A stretch of 63,901 nucleotides of DNA, filler included. It is 9 parts of 9 records of this genome, joined end to end, with 100 filler letters (N's around TTAATTAATTAA, not from the genome) between each part and the next. Parts side by side here need not be neighbours in the genome. Positions count along the whole stretch, not along the records: positions 42,339 to 52,860 come from SRR31156797_83306; positions 52,961 to 58,518 come from SRR31156797_83397; 7 more parts are not named here. One strand, 5' to 3'. Below, piece after piece: positions 43,057 through 53,336 of the stretch (position 1 is its first letter; every line of letters begins with the position of its first letter). The translations under genes and the position numbers were made by a program. A model generated the notes under the pieces. It was given only the letters and a program-made list of their open reading frames with translations. It had not been told where the DNA came from and searched no databases.

Positions 43057-43563
43057 TTAAGCTTCCGCCTGGAAGCCTTGATGAAAAACAACTTTGCCCT
43101 TTATAACCTCGTCATCAAACGGTAGAGCAAGAAAATTTTCTTGCGGCACGTCGTCATGGATTAAATCGGGGATGTTCCGAAAGCCAAAACGTTTATAGTA
43201 TTCGGGGTCGCCCACCAGGACGCAGCCTTTGCCGCCCATGCTTTTCAATTTGGATAAACCTTCCTTGACAAGCGCCTTGCCAATGCCTTGTCTCTGGAAT
43301 TCCGGCAGAACGGAAACAGGGCCAAGGCCATACCAGTTTCGGCTGCTTTCCGAAATTGTTACAGGCGAAAAAGCGATATGCCCCACCACATGTTCACTTA
43401 TTTCCGCTACCAGGGATAAGGTCAACGCATTGGCATTGCGCAACGCGTTTATTATGAATTGTTCCGTGTTGTTGCTATATGGATGGTTTTCAAAAGCTTT
43501 TTTGGTGATATCCGATATTGTCTCAATTTCAGTCGGTTTTTCGCTTCTTATAATCATAATCAT
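43057..43563 (-). CDS. GNAT N-acetyltransferase (YhbS-like)
   Basis: VGHIAFSPV, LGPVSVLPEFQRQGIG, GDPEYYKRFGF. Confidence 0.92.
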   Translation of the reverse strand: MIMIIRSEKPTEIETISDITKKAFENHPYSNNTEQFIINALRNANALTLSLVAEISEHVVGHIAFSPVTISESSRNWYGLGPVSVLPEFQRQGIGKALVKEGLSKLKSMGGKGCVLVGDPEYYKRFGFRNIPDLIHDDVPQENFLALPFDDEVIKGKVVFHQGFQAEA

Positions 43564-43704
43564 TTCTCCGTGGATAAATTAAACTATCAATATTCACCAA
43601 ATCAAGCCTAAAAGATGGGATTTGAGAGAGGTTGTCAGGTATGGCGTCCCATTTTCCTTCCTTTATCGTCTGCCTGTTATTACTTCAACTATCGCGCCTG
43701 TCAT

Positions 43705-44004
43705 TTACATCCCCCATACCGATTTTACAATCAGACCAAGGACCAAAGCCCCCACTGTCCGCCAAAGCCATATATTCTGGTTCTCCAACTTGGCCGTCCG
43801 CTCGCTGATTGCTGTTATTGTTTCAGGTTTAACTTGAGTCGCTTTCAGGGCTTCGGTTTCCTGTTTCAGTATTTTTAGCGTCTCCGCTCTTTCCGCGCAT
43901 CTGGGAAATCCCACCCCGTTCGATACTTTATCGAAAGCTGCTATAAGGTTGTCCAGTTTGGTGTCGATCTGGATCACTAGTTCGGCCAACTCTTCCGGCG
44001 CCAT
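43705..44004 (-). CDS. Holin-like protein (coiled coil plus C-terminal TM, XhlA-like)
   Basis: Adjacent to the endolysin; ends WLWRTVGALVLGLIV. Confidence 0.6.
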   Translation of the reverse strand: MAPEELAELVIQIDTKLDNLIAAFDKVSNGVGFPRCAERAETLKILKQETEALKATQVKPETITAISERTAKLENQNIWLWRTVGALVLGLIVKSVWGM

Positions 44005-44006
44005 TT

Positions 44007-44381
44007 TTATTCATCCGTCCCCAATTCAAAATGGGGGTAGTCCTTAAAATTCCGCCAGCGGCCGCCCCACCTCAGATCAATCCCCTTTTCCCCGGCGATT
44101 CGCATCATTACATTACCAAGCTCCATAAAGCGTTCTATATTATTCCAGTCTATCGGATAAGGAGCAATGTCAACGGCCCTGCTGGGCAGAAACCTGTGTT
44201 TTGTTTTCGAATAAGGGACCCTGGTTGTTCCCGCGACCAAATATCTTTTATGCTGCGCCCTGGTCCTGTGCCCCTGGAGTACAGAAAAATCATATTCCTT
44301 AATTGCCTCATCCATAATTTCTTGAAGCTTAATATGGCAAGTCGCTTTTGCTCTAAGGCTGCTTTTTCCAAAAACTGGCAA
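44007..44381 (-). CDS. Phage endolysin, M15 L-Ala-D-Glu peptidase
   Basis: GHRT, KH....AVDIAP, WGG.W..FKDYPHFEL; GGAGGG RBS before TTG at 44381. Confidence 0.9.
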   Translation of the reverse strand: MPVFGKSSLRAKATCHIKLQEIMDEAIKEYDFSVLQGHRTRAQHKRYLVAGTTRVPYSKTKHRFLPSRAVDIAPYPIDWNNIERFMELGNVMMRIAGEKGIDLRWGGRWRNFKDYPHFELGTDE

Positions 44382-44451
44382 ATTTCCCTCCAAATGGGAC
44401 AGCCCCTGCGCGGGGCTGTCAATTAGTATTGTTTTTTTAACGGTTTATCGG

Positions 44452-47400
44452 TTAGACGCCTATAGCCCACCAGTTGACATGGCCCGGTTGAAGGACCGTG
44501 AATCCGGAAAGGTCGGTCCCCCAACTCTGAACGTTCATCCATCCATACATTTTGTAATTGTAGCAATCCGGCGAGATCGTCCAGCCATATACGTCAAACC
44601 TCAGATACCAATCTGTAATGTCAGCGCCGACTGTGGGCGTAGAAAAGTTGATCTGCTGGTATCCGCCGGCATAGGTAAACAGCTTTCCGCCGGAAGCTAT
44701 TGAATACCAAGTCCCTCCATATTTGTAATGCAGATAGATCTGAGCATTAATTGAACCGTAAACGTCCCTCCATTCCTCAGCGACATATTTTGTTCCATGT
44801 AAATAGGCTTTAGCCATGTGAGTAATAGTGAGCTTTCTGGCCCCTCCCACCGGGACGGTTTGAACCGAGGTCTGATAGTCTGAAGGCGGATAGACATCCA
44901 GGTGGTCCTCGATAAAACCCGAATAAGACTCACTGCCTGACGCCAGCGTCAAAGCCGCTGCAGGTTTGAACTCCCATTTATTCGTTTCACCGGATTGCAG
45001 TTGAAAATCAGTGATATTAATCCGCAAAGCCTGATCCTGTGCACTATGTGACGCATCGTACGTTCCCATCTCAAACGGGCTTATTATGACCCTCGGTTGG
45101 TTGCGCCAGTACCCGGGTATCTGAACGACCGTGTCGTTTTCGGCCACGCCGTGCTCGAACCGCCTCATGGACGCATAGATTTCATGCTGGGACGATGTTG
45201 GATTCCAATACATAAATTCTATGTCGCCGTTTGTGAGTTTAGCATAGTCAGCGCCGCTTACGCCCCCGTCCGGAGCAACGACAATTGAATCATCCGTACT
45301 GTCAATTATGATATTGTCAGCCCCAACGGTTAACTTGCCGCCCTCTTTCATTTCAATCAGGCCGTCGGATTCAATCGTCAGTTTGCCGCCGGTATTAAGC
45401 GTTATTTCCGATTGGGCATAAATCTTGTCGCCGTTGATCGAACCGTCCACGACCAGGGCGCCGTTGATTCCGACTGTGCTGACGCCGTCGATGGTTCCGA
45501 CGATAAACGGCACGGCCGATTGCGCCGTGTCATTCGGATTGACTACCGCGAATTTGTCGGCCTTGATTATGAATTCGGACTTGGCCCCATAAGCCACAAG
45601 CTGCCAATAGGTTCCGCCGCTTGCATCCGTGGGCGCCACCGACGGCGCCGGGTTTATCAGAATACATTTATAAGCTTCATTGTCGCTTCCCCATACATAA
45701 TCGTCAACTTCATAGGATGTTGAGCCGTCAAAGTCCTGATAGAGCAAAAGCCCGGCCCCGACAATCGTCTCATCCTCCTGAATCTTGACCGTCCACTGGT
45801 TTTCCAGAAGCTCAACTTGACTGGCCGCCCCTTCGGCCGTTGTTATTTTGGTGTTCAGCGCCGTAGTCAGTTGGCCTTCGGAAATGCTGCCGGTTAAAAG
45901 ATTAAGCACCTTAGCCGGATCGTTCAACGGGCTGCACGATACGCCGGCCGTGTCGCTAAACGGGTGCCATTCGCTTATGTTGCCGGCAGTATCGACCGCC
46001 CTGATCCAGTAATAATACGTCGTTTCCTGGTTTAAACCGGCATGAGTAAACTTGGCGCCCTTGGATGCGCCGACTTCCACCGCGGCCGCCCGGTTGTTTG
46101 AGGCGGCCGACCAGATTTCGTAGTAATCGATATCCGGGTCCGGAGGCGCAGTCCACTGGAGCTTGTTGATAAAAGTCTCTCCAGCGGCCGTCAAACCGCT
46201 GGGCGCCATGGGCGGGCTTACCTTGCCCTGCACCAGGACTTCATTGTCCAGCATATGAGACGTAAGCTCAATGCTGTTCGTCCGGTCGTAGTTGGTGTAG
46301 GGCTTGACATGGATCCAATAGGTCGTTCCCGGCTCAACGTTAGCGATCCGATAGAATCCATGACTTACCACCGTACCAGCGTTGGTCCAGCTTACGCCGC
46401 TGTCATTCGAATAAATCACCTCATACCGGACAATCTTGGCCGAGCTGTTCGCCGGCATTTCAACCGGCGCAAACATGACGTCAATATCCGACCGATAGAC
46501 ATTACCCAGGAGTTTCAGCTTTTCCGAAGCGGTAACGTCCGTGACCAGTGGTGGAATTTCATATTCGCCGCGGCCCGGGTTTTCAATCAGGGTCGGATCC
46601 CCGGCCGGCGGGTCCGACAGCGAACCGTCTATTTCATACCTGGCCACAAGCCCCAGGTGGCTGTATTTTGTGTCGACGATTTCAATGCTGTCATCATCGC
46701 CGAATACACTCTCGTTATATTCAGTAGCCGAAATCTCCAGTTGCGTCTTGCTGCTGTTGACTATGGAATTGATCCTGAATGGCTTGGCCTCTTTCGCAAC
46801 CTCGCCGAACACCCATAAATCATACGCTGCAATCCCGGCGTCGACCGTTTCGCCGACATCAATGATATCGCTCGTCACCGTGGCCGTGGCCGTGAAGGTG
46901 TATTTTACAAACACCCCGTCCGATTTCCTGATCCTGAGCGTATATTGTTTTCCAATCTCCATTGGAATCCTTCGGCTCAGCGAAACAGTCTGACCTGACG
47001 TTCCGATCACCCGGCCGCCGAACCCGTATTGCGGAATGTCATGCTGAAAGAGAATCAGGTCGCCGACTTCACACATAAGCGCATCAATCGAGGCGCTGAA
47101 AGTTATCTTCTTCCTCAAGGCCTTGAGTTTCTTGAGCGCGAAAACCAGCTCCCTCTTTGCCCTGGCCTGGTCCGTTATTCCATACAGCTTGATGGTCTTG
47201 GGATTGCTGACCTCATTAATCCTGGCCCTGTCCACCGCCAGTATCTGGGCCCTTTTAAACTCGTTTTCCTCATCGAGTATCTGGACCTCGACCTGGTTCG
47301 GTATTTCATCGTTTCCGATATATGTCTCTTCAAAACTGTCTTCGATTATGTTGCCCATGGAAAACATCTGGACGTAATTGGAATCCGGACGATCGATGAC

Positions 47401-48972
47401 AAAGCGGATCACATCTCCGGACCAATACGGAATCGCCCGGCAGGAATTGGCGATATAATTCACCGCATCAACCGCTTTTGTTTCGGCGTCGAAAACATAA
47501 TTGAATTCATACCGCTTCTGAACCGCATCTTCCATCATCCCGCTCAGGGGATTATGCTTCTTGTACGTGATCTCTTCATCACACCAGTCCGCCAGGTCCT
47601 TCAAGCTGTCCAAATCGACTTTCACATCCGGATACCACCGGGCGATTCCATACCTGGTGTTTGTAATCAGGTCGTATAGAATATTGGCCGGATTGCCGGC
47701 CGCTTCCAGGGTCGTCGCCCCGTTCCGCACATCCGGGATCTTTATCCCGCTCACATCCGCCGTGAATTCTGGCATTGAGCCGGAAAGCTTGTTATTGGCC
47801 TTTATCCTGACCCCGTATAAAGCAGTATACGGGTACCTGAGCGTGGCAAGTTCAACCTCGGCCACCGACTTGAGCAAAGTGGAACAAACAATCTTGGGAT
47901 CGCTTTCATGGTCTCCGGTCGCCCGGTAGACTTTGATCAGGTATTGTTTTTTGGTCGGAAATTCAAGGTAAAAGTCATGTTCCACGGCACTGGTGCTTTT
48001 ACCTTTCACCATATCATACGGCGGGGTGGTCCAGTTTTCCGGGTCGTCAATCGGAGCATACTCGCACCAGATATCGACCGTGAATTCCTGCAATTCCCCC
48101 TGGTCGTTCATCTGGTACAAGGCCGGACTTGTTATTGTCACCCTGGCCGCGTCGCATTCATTATAGGTCTTGTAGATATATTGATTTTCAGCGCCCTGTT
48201 TGACATGTATCTGAGACTGCATCTCATAGTGCCGGACAACCTTGCTGAAATTTTCAATGGGCGACTGGTCCATCTCGCCGGTTCTGCTCCAGATCTGAAT
48301 GTCGTCGCCGTAATAACCCAGTTCCCTGTTCTGAATCCGAATAGAATCGACGTCTATACCGTGAATCGGGCCTTCCGAGACCGCGAAAAGGGCGTTGAGG
48401 TATTTCCGGGCCTGCCTTCCGCTCTGGGCGTCGCCGTCAATATAGGCTTCAATTAGAGCCCCACCCATCTTGTGCTTTTTACCGTAAATCAGGGGGACCA
48501 CATTCCCTTCGCCGACAATGTTCTTGATTCCGCCCCAGGAATAGGTCGGCGACTGGCTCGTTCCGCTGCTCATATCCGGCACATCTGGCATTGTCGGCGT
48601 GAATAACATTCCGACCACGGTCCCGGCCAGCATTGAAATACCCATGCCCATTAGAACCGGGGCTAATGCTGGGGCCAATGACCCGCCTGAAAGGATAATT
48701 CCGGCTGTAAGTAGAGCCGCACCAATGACCCCTGAAAAAATTCCGCCGCTGTCGCCGCCGGTGACATCATTGGCGAAAATGACATCGTCATCCTTGCAGG
48801 GAACAAAATCCCATTCCTTCTTGCCGCCGCTGACGATCGGGACAATGTTTTCCCGACTTTTTCCGTCGCATATCTCCTGCCAATACTCTTCAAGGTTCTG
48901 GGCCTTGTATTCGACCTCAAAAGTCTCCCGATCCTTTTTTTCCAGAATATTTGGTATATATTTAATTATCAT
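44452..48972 (-). CDS. Phage tail tip / host specificity protein J (with gpI-like N-terminus, FN3 domains)
   Basis: VVPLIYG, VSEGPIHG, YPYTAL, NPANILYD, GDLI, YYYWIRAVD.AGN, ADKFAVV. Confidence 0.92.
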   Translation of the reverse strand: MIIKYIPNILEKKDRETFEVEYKAQNLEEYWQEICDGKSRENIVPIVSGGKKEWDFVPCKDDDVIFANDVTGGDSGGIFSGVIGAALLTAGIILSGGSLAPALAPVLMGMGISMLAGTVVGMLFTPTMPDVPDMSSGTSQSPTYSWGGIKNIVGEGNVVPLIYGKKHKMGGALIEAYIDGDAQSGRQARKYLNALFAVSEGPIHGIDVDSIRIQNRELGYYGDDIQIWSRTGEMDQSPIENFSKVVRHYEMQSQIHVKQGAENQYIYKTYNECDAARVTITSPALYQMNDQGELQEFTVDIWCEYAPIDDPENWTTPPYDMVKGKSTSAVEHDFYLEFPTKKQYLIKVYRATGDHESDPKIVCSTLLKSVAEVELATLRYPYTALYGVRIKANNKLSGSMPEFTADVSGIKIPDVRNGATTLEAAGNPANILYDLITNTRYGIARWYPDVKVDLDSLKDLADWCDEEITYKKHNPLSGMMEDAVQKRYEFNYVFDAETKAVDAVNYIANSCRAIPYWSGDVIRFVIDRPDSNYVQMFSMGNIIEDSFEETYIGNDEIPNQVEVQILDEENEFKRAQILAVDRARINEVSNPKTIKLYGITDQARAKRELVFALKKLKALRKKITFSASIDALMCEVGDLILFQHDIPQYGFGGRVIGTSGQTVSLSRRIPMEIGKQYTLRIRKSDGVFVKYTFTATATVTSDIIDVGETVDAGIAAYDLWVFGEVAKEAKPFRINSIVNSSKTQLEISATEYNESVFGDDDSIEIVDTKYSHLGLVARYEIDGSLSDPPAGDPTLIENPGRGEYEIPPLVTDVTASEKLKLLGNVYRSDIDVMFAPVEMPANSSAKIVRYEVIYSNDSGVSWTNAGTVVSHGFYRIANVEPGTTYWIHVKPYTNYDRTNSIELTSHMLDNEVLVQGKVSPPMAPSGLTAAGETFINKLQWTAPPDPDIDYYEIWSAASNNRAAAVEVGASKGAKFTHAGLNQETTYYYWIRAVDTAGNISEWHPFSDTAGVSCSPLNDPAKVLNLLTGSISEGQLTTALNTKITTAEGAASQVELLENQWTVKIQEDETIVGAGLLLYQDFDGSTSYEVDDYVWGSDNEAYKCILINPAPSVAPTDASGGTYWQLVAYGAKSEFIIKADKFAVVNPNDTAQSAVPFIVGTIDGVSTVGINGALVVDGSINGDKIYAQSEITLNTGGKLTIESDGLIEMKEGGKLTVGADNIIIDSTDDSIVVAPDGGVSGADYAKLTNGDIEFMYWNPTSSQHEIYASMRRFEHGVAENDTVVQIPGYWRNQPRVIISPFEMGTYDASHSAQDQALRINITDFQLQSGETNKWEFKPAAALTLASGSESYSGFIEDHLDVYPPSDYQTSVQTVPVGGARKLTITHMAKAYLHGTKYVAEEWRDVYGSINAQIYLHYKYGGTWYSIASGGKLFTYAGGYQQINFSTPTVGADITDWYLRFDVYGWTISPDCYNYKMYGWMNVQSWGTDLSGFTVLQPGHVNWWAIGV

Positions 48973-49367
48973 AACAAATCCTTATGCCGGTAAATCCCGT
49001 GAATTTTTCTTCGCCAGATTGACAGTTTGGAAGTCACGCATCCGTACCCGTCAAGCGTATGGAGAAAACGCCGTCCCAGAACCACGCCGATATGGTTTGG
49101 AACCTCAGATCCGTTCCGGATCAAAACAATGTCGTTAAGCCTTGCCTTTTCAAAGGGTATCCCGGCAAATTCATTGCAGACATTTTCCGCCAGATAATTT
49201 GCCCGACTTACGCCCTCAGGCCCTGTGAACTCGTGTTTATAATCAAGTAAATCTATTTGCAGCTCGGTTTTGTAAAACAGAACGACCAGGCCGTAGCAGT
49301 CGCACCCCTGCCACGACCGGCCGTCCCATTCATACGGCGTCTCTATGTATTTTCTGATATTAAGCAC
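48969..49367 (-). CDS. Tail assembly NlpC/P60 protein (gpK-like)
   Basis: PY.WDGR..GCDCYGLV, NHIGV, FLH. Confidence 0.9.
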   Translation of the reverse strand: MLNIRKYIETPYEWDGRSWQGCDCYGLVVLFYKTELQIDLLDYKHEFTGPEGVSRANYLAENVCNEFAGIPFEKARLNDIVLIRNGSEVPNHIGVVLGRRFLHTLDGYGCVTSKLSIWRRKIHGIYRHKDLL

Positions 49368-49376
49368 TTACTGAAC

Positions 49377-49976
49377 CTAGAAATAAAAAGCCTGGTCCAC
49401 GATGCCCGGCTGCCCTCCGAAGTTGATGGTGTTTCCCTTGTCCTGACAATCCTTCCAGGTCATGCCGCATTCGGCATCCAGCCCGGTGTACTGACAGCCG
49501 TCCGCCTTGAATTTAGACCACTTGCAAAAGTTCCTGGAAAGCTTCCGGCATGGCAGCGACACCAGCAGGAAGTCGAAGCCCAGGGACAGGGTGAAATCCA
49601 CCTGCCCTTTTACGGCCTTGGCCGAGACAACCTTGAATGTAGTTTCAATCGGGTCTGTAACGCCCTCTATAATCTGAATGATTCTGACGGGCTTGCCGAT
49701 AATTTCCAGCGCTTCAATCTGCTGCTGGATGTACCGATCCTCGTCGATGTTCCCGACACTCAGGGTAATCGGGTCGATCTTGCCGTCCTCGCTCATGGTC
49801 ACGCCGCTGTGTTTTATGAGAGCCGAGGTGAAAACATTGCCGTCATAGGCGACATCCTCGCTCCAGTCGGTCCATCGAACCGGGTTTTGCGATTCGGGAT
49901 CGATCTCGTAAAGATAATAGGACTTGACTTCCGGGCTGTGAATGGCCTCTTTAAAAGATGTGCTCAGATCTCTCAT
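49377..49976 (-). CDS. Minor tail protein (gpL-like)
   Basis: C-terminal Cys cluster (CKW..C.Y.G...C......C) and NFGG.PG. Confidence 0.8.
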   Translation of the reverse strand: MRDLSTSFKEAIHSPEVKSYYLYEIDPESQNPVRWTDWSEDVAYDGNVFTSALIKHSGVTMSEDGKIDPITLSVGNIDEDRYIQQQIEALEIIGKPVRIIQIIEGVTDPIETTFKVVSAKAVKGQVDFTLSLGFDFLLVSLPCRKLSRNFCKWSKFKADGCQYTGLDAECGMTWKDCQDKGNTINFGGQPGIVDQAFYF

Positions 49977-50326
49977 ACCGTGGTCACCCCCACTTCCACC
50001 TCGCCTATCCGTCCCTTGGTCAGGCTGTACGGCAAGGCGTCCTCGGTAAACCTCAAAACAACAGGGTCCGGGCCCAACCGTGAATCGGTAAACAACCATT
50101 CCCTGAACGCCCCAAGTTGACTATCGTGAAATTGAAGGAGTTGGAGCAAAAGATTGTTGGACATAAGGTTCCACGTAAAGGTGTATTTTTTCGTGGCGCT
50201 GTGCTGATTGGCGAACCTTTGTTCCGCCTTGCCTTCAAATTTCACAATAGTCGTATTATAGGACTGCTCCCCGCCCGTGATTTTGTCTGGCTTTAAAGCT
50301 GTAGGAAAAGAATCCATTATTTCCAT
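49973..50326 (-). CDS. Distal tail protein (gpM-like)
   Basis: Position after the tape measure; F.G..EQR, FH....GAF motifs. Confidence 0.7.
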   Translation of the reverse strand: MEIMDSFPTALKPDKITGGEQSYNTTIVKFEGKAEQRFANQHSATKKYTFTWNLMSNNLLLQLLQFHDSQLGAFREWLFTDSRLGPDPVVLRFTEDALPYSLTKGRIGEVEVGVTTV

Positions 50327-50332
50327 TCTCCT

Positions 50333-52816
50333 TTACCGGGCATAAGTCCTTATGGTTTTGTTTATTGTTCCGTTTGCGCTTATATCGCTGGCCACGGCGT
50401 CAATAATCGTTTTTCTCAATGCCGGCAGAGCCCTTTCAACCCCGGCCTGGTCGCCGCCATTGATGGCCACGTGCATGTTGACATTCGTTCCGCCGCCCTT
50501 GCCCAGGTATTCCTTCAGGTCCCGGTTAGTGTCGGCGTCAACGACCCGTTCGCCCTTGTCCAAAAGCCATGTGCCTTCCCTCGGAATATCGGTGATGCCG
50601 CCATGGGCCATGCCGCCCAATATAGAGCCTAGTGTAAACGACCCCATAATTGCCGCGCCTTTAAGGGCCGCAATTGCCTTCATCCCATGATTTCCGTGGT
50701 CATCAATTAGGGTCATTATACCGTGATAAGCTGCTCTCATAAGGAATTCGACCGTTTTGGCCGCGGCCATTATTTTTAATTCCAGGCTAAGTTTTTCTAT
50801 TAGTTTTGAAAAATCAAATTCACCGGTTGTGAAATAATCGCTTATAGCACCTGTAAGTACGCTAGATATTGTTCCAGTAAATCCCTGGACAATTTCACCG
50901 TATACACCTATTTCTTCCTGGGATTTTGCCATTTCGGCAGTGTGCTCAGCTTGTCTCTTTTTCGCCCCTTGAAGCTTATCAATGGCGTCGCCAAGTTCTG
51001 GATTCATCGCGATTAAGTCGGCAAATTGTGTTTTCAGGTTTTCAGCTTCCCTGGCATTTATTTTCAGTTGCTTATCCAAGTCGCTCAACCCGCTTATATC
51101 GATATCAAACTCAATATCGTCAATTTCCTTTTTGAAGTCTTTGACTTTATTTTTAGATTCTTCGAGTTGATTTAATTGGACTTGAGCATCTCTAAACGCC
51201 CACAATTGGTCGATAGCAGTTGAGATCTCCGGACGAACAGCAATATATTTCTGCATCTCCTCTTTTGATCTAGCTGCCTCACGTTTATTTCTTTCTTTTG
51301 CAGACAAACCAATTAAGCTGTTTTCAAACTTTATATCTGAAATTTGTTGCTGTAATTGTTTTAATTTATTGGCCGCTCCTTCCGCGATGTCCTCCCCACT
51401 TGTTCCTGAGAACTTTTTGCCAGATACTTTTTTGCCAGGGCCTGTCAACTTGTCTTCAATGTTCTTTATTACTCCATCGATCACACCCGCAGCATTACCA
51501 GCCCCTTTACTATTTGCTTCTTTTTTCAAATCGCTTAAAAGTGCCAGCAGTTTCTTGATGCTTTCACTGTCTTCGCTGCCGGAACCACTTATTAAGGCAG
51601 CTTGTTGCTTTTTCAAGTCTTCAAGTTCCTTCTCTTGCTCAGTTACTCTATCCTTGGCGGCTTTAGATTCTTTTTCTAAATTTTTTGCTGCTTTGTTGAA
51701 ACCATCGATTAAAGGCGTTAACGCCGCTTCCACAGCGCCTTTCCCCCACCAGTCGTTATTATTGAATGCCTCGACAATACTAGTTAACCATTTGCTAATC
51801 CATTTAGCCAGGTCAATAAAAGTTCCTGTTACACGAGTAGAGATGTCGGTCAAAAATTTATTAAGCTCATAAATAGCCTTCTTGTATCCGATCTCAATAT
51901 CAATTTTAATAATATCCAGTGCACTCCAAGCATCCTTTGTTTGCGCAAAAAATGTTATTGCCGTCCGAAAGAATCCAAGGACTTTATTTATGGCCTTGAA
52001 CATTGCATCTGAAAGTGTACCGGCCCAATCTTTAAGCGTTCCGTCCTCTCTATAAGTCTTAAGCAGCCCAAGAACATCCGATATTTTTTTCTTTATTGCT
52101 CCCCAAAGACCTCCTGAATCCACTACATCTAAACGAAATAGCATCCACTGGTCTTTCAACATTCCCACCATGCTCCCCCAATCCTGGGCCAGCATTACCG
52201 TTGAATCCTTGAATTTACGATTGGGATCTTCAAACATGGCCAATAGGATTTGCCTCGTTTCCTCGGCCGAATATTCGACTTCTGACTTGAAGCCAAGCAT
52301 GGAATAGGCGCCATTCTGCTTGAATTTTTCCGCCGAATTCGCGCCGGCGGTATACATGTTGATAATTTCACCGGTTGCGTCTTCTATGGACATATTTGTG
52401 GCCGCGGCAATATCAGCTATGTGGGGCATATACTGCTTGACTTCGGCAACGCCGCCCTTCATGACCGCGGACAAAGCTGTGGCCGAATTCATGACTTTTT
52501 CAAATTCAAAAGGCACCGAGGCGGCGAATTCGGCCATTTCCTGGAACATTCTGCTGCCTTCTTGAGTTGATCCAAGCAGAATATTTAAGGTCGTTTTATA
52601 TTTGTCAGCGATAATTGCTGCTTCCACAAATGGTGCGGTAACAAATGACGCTGCTTTACCCAACGTGCCCAAGCCCGATCCTAAACGGCTAATATTTTCT
52701 TTTAAGCCGGCGGCTTTTTCTTTAACCTTGTCGAACTTCTTAGTAATATTATCCAGCTTCTTGTTAAAATCCGGCAGATTAAAATTAAACGGTATACTCG
52801 AGGATCCTACCGCCAT
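50333..52816 (-). CDS. Tape measure protein
   Basis: FAASVPF tape-measure domain, long helical body, GMAHGGI..IP.EGTWLLDKGERV. Confidence 0.9.
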   Translation of the reverse strand: MAVGSSSIPFNFNLPDFNKKLDNITKKFDKVKEKAAGLKENISRLGSGLGTLGKAASFVTAPFVEAAIIADKYKTTLNILLGSTQEGSRMFQEMAEFAASVPFEFEKVMNSATALSAVMKGGVAEVKQYMPHIADIAAATNMSIEDATGEIINMYTAGANSAEKFKQNGAYSMLGFKSEVEYSAEETRQILLAMFEDPNRKFKDSTVMLAQDWGSMVGMLKDQWMLFRLDVVDSGGLWGAIKKKISDVLGLLKTYREDGTLKDWAGTLSDAMFKAINKVLGFFRTAITFFAQTKDAWSALDIIKIDIEIGYKKAIYELNKFLTDISTRVTGTFIDLAKWISKWLTSIVEAFNNNDWWGKGAVEAALTPLIDGFNKAAKNLEKESKAAKDRVTEQEKELEDLKKQQAALISGSGSEDSESIKKLLALLSDLKKEANSKGAGNAAGVIDGVIKNIEDKLTGPGKKVSGKKFSGTSGEDIAEGAANKLKQLQQQISDIKFENSLIGLSAKERNKREAARSKEEMQKYIAVRPEISTAIDQLWAFRDAQVQLNQLEESKNKVKDFKKEIDDIEFDIDISGLSDLDKQLKINAREAENLKTQFADLIAMNPELGDAIDKLQGAKKRQAEHTAEMAKSQEEIGVYGEIVQGFTGTISSVLTGAISDYFTTGEFDFSKLIEKLSLELKIMAAAKTVEFLMRAAYHGIMTLIDDHGNHGMKAIAALKGAAIMGSFTLGSILGGMAHGGITDIPREGTWLLDKGERVVDADTNRDLKEYLGKGGGTNVNMHVAINGGDQAGVERALPALRKTIIDAVASDISANGTINKTIRTYAR

Positions 52817-52960
52817 GTCTACCCCCCCCCTCTCATCAATAGCATTCTAAGATTATTCATNNNNNNNNNNNNNNNNNNNNNNNNNNNNNNNNNNNNNNNN
52901 NNNNTTAATTAATTAANNNNNNNNNNNNNNNNNNNNNNNNNNNNNNNNNNNNNNNNNNNN

Positions 52961-53271
52961 GTGACCAAGAAGGCTACATGGACTGCAACCATGAGTACCA
53001 CACGTTTGTACAAGAAAAAGCTGGAAATCCTGTGTTGAGCAGGGTGGTCTCAAACCTACGTGACGTGATCTTGCTGCACCGCTATCGCCAAATATACCGT
53101 CCAGGTAGATTTGCAGAGTCAATGGAAGAGCATCGAAGGCTCATCGAGGCGTTTCGAGCTCGTGACGGTGAGCGCGCAGAACGACTCATGCGGGCTCATT
53201 TACAAAAACAGGGTCAGGCGCTCGTTTCTTATTACGCAGAGTTAGGTTTCCAAAAGGTTCAGGACAATTAA
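52961..53271 (+). CDS. GntR family regulator, C-terminal FCD domain
   Basis: N.EYH, AGNPVL, EEH..LIEA...RD...AE..MR.HL. Confidence 0.85.
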
Positions 53272-53336
53272 TGCCTGGAAAAACCACATAACTGAAATAA
53301 GGGCGAATGTCCGGTAGGTGAAAGTGTCCTGAAGGT

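Larger units (their letters stand above)
43705..52860 (-). mobile_element. Siphovirus-type prophage tail and lysis module
   Basis: Lambda-like order: TMP, M, L, K, J, endolysin, holin. Confidence 0.88.

Noticed and set aside
44452-45100. Diversity-generating retroelement target at the J C-terminus
   Set aside because: No reverse transcriptase and no template/variable repeat pair seen.
39884-52860. Treating the integrase region and the tail/lysis region as one prophage
   Set aside because: They lie on different contigs with host-like genes in between; no shared att sequence seen.
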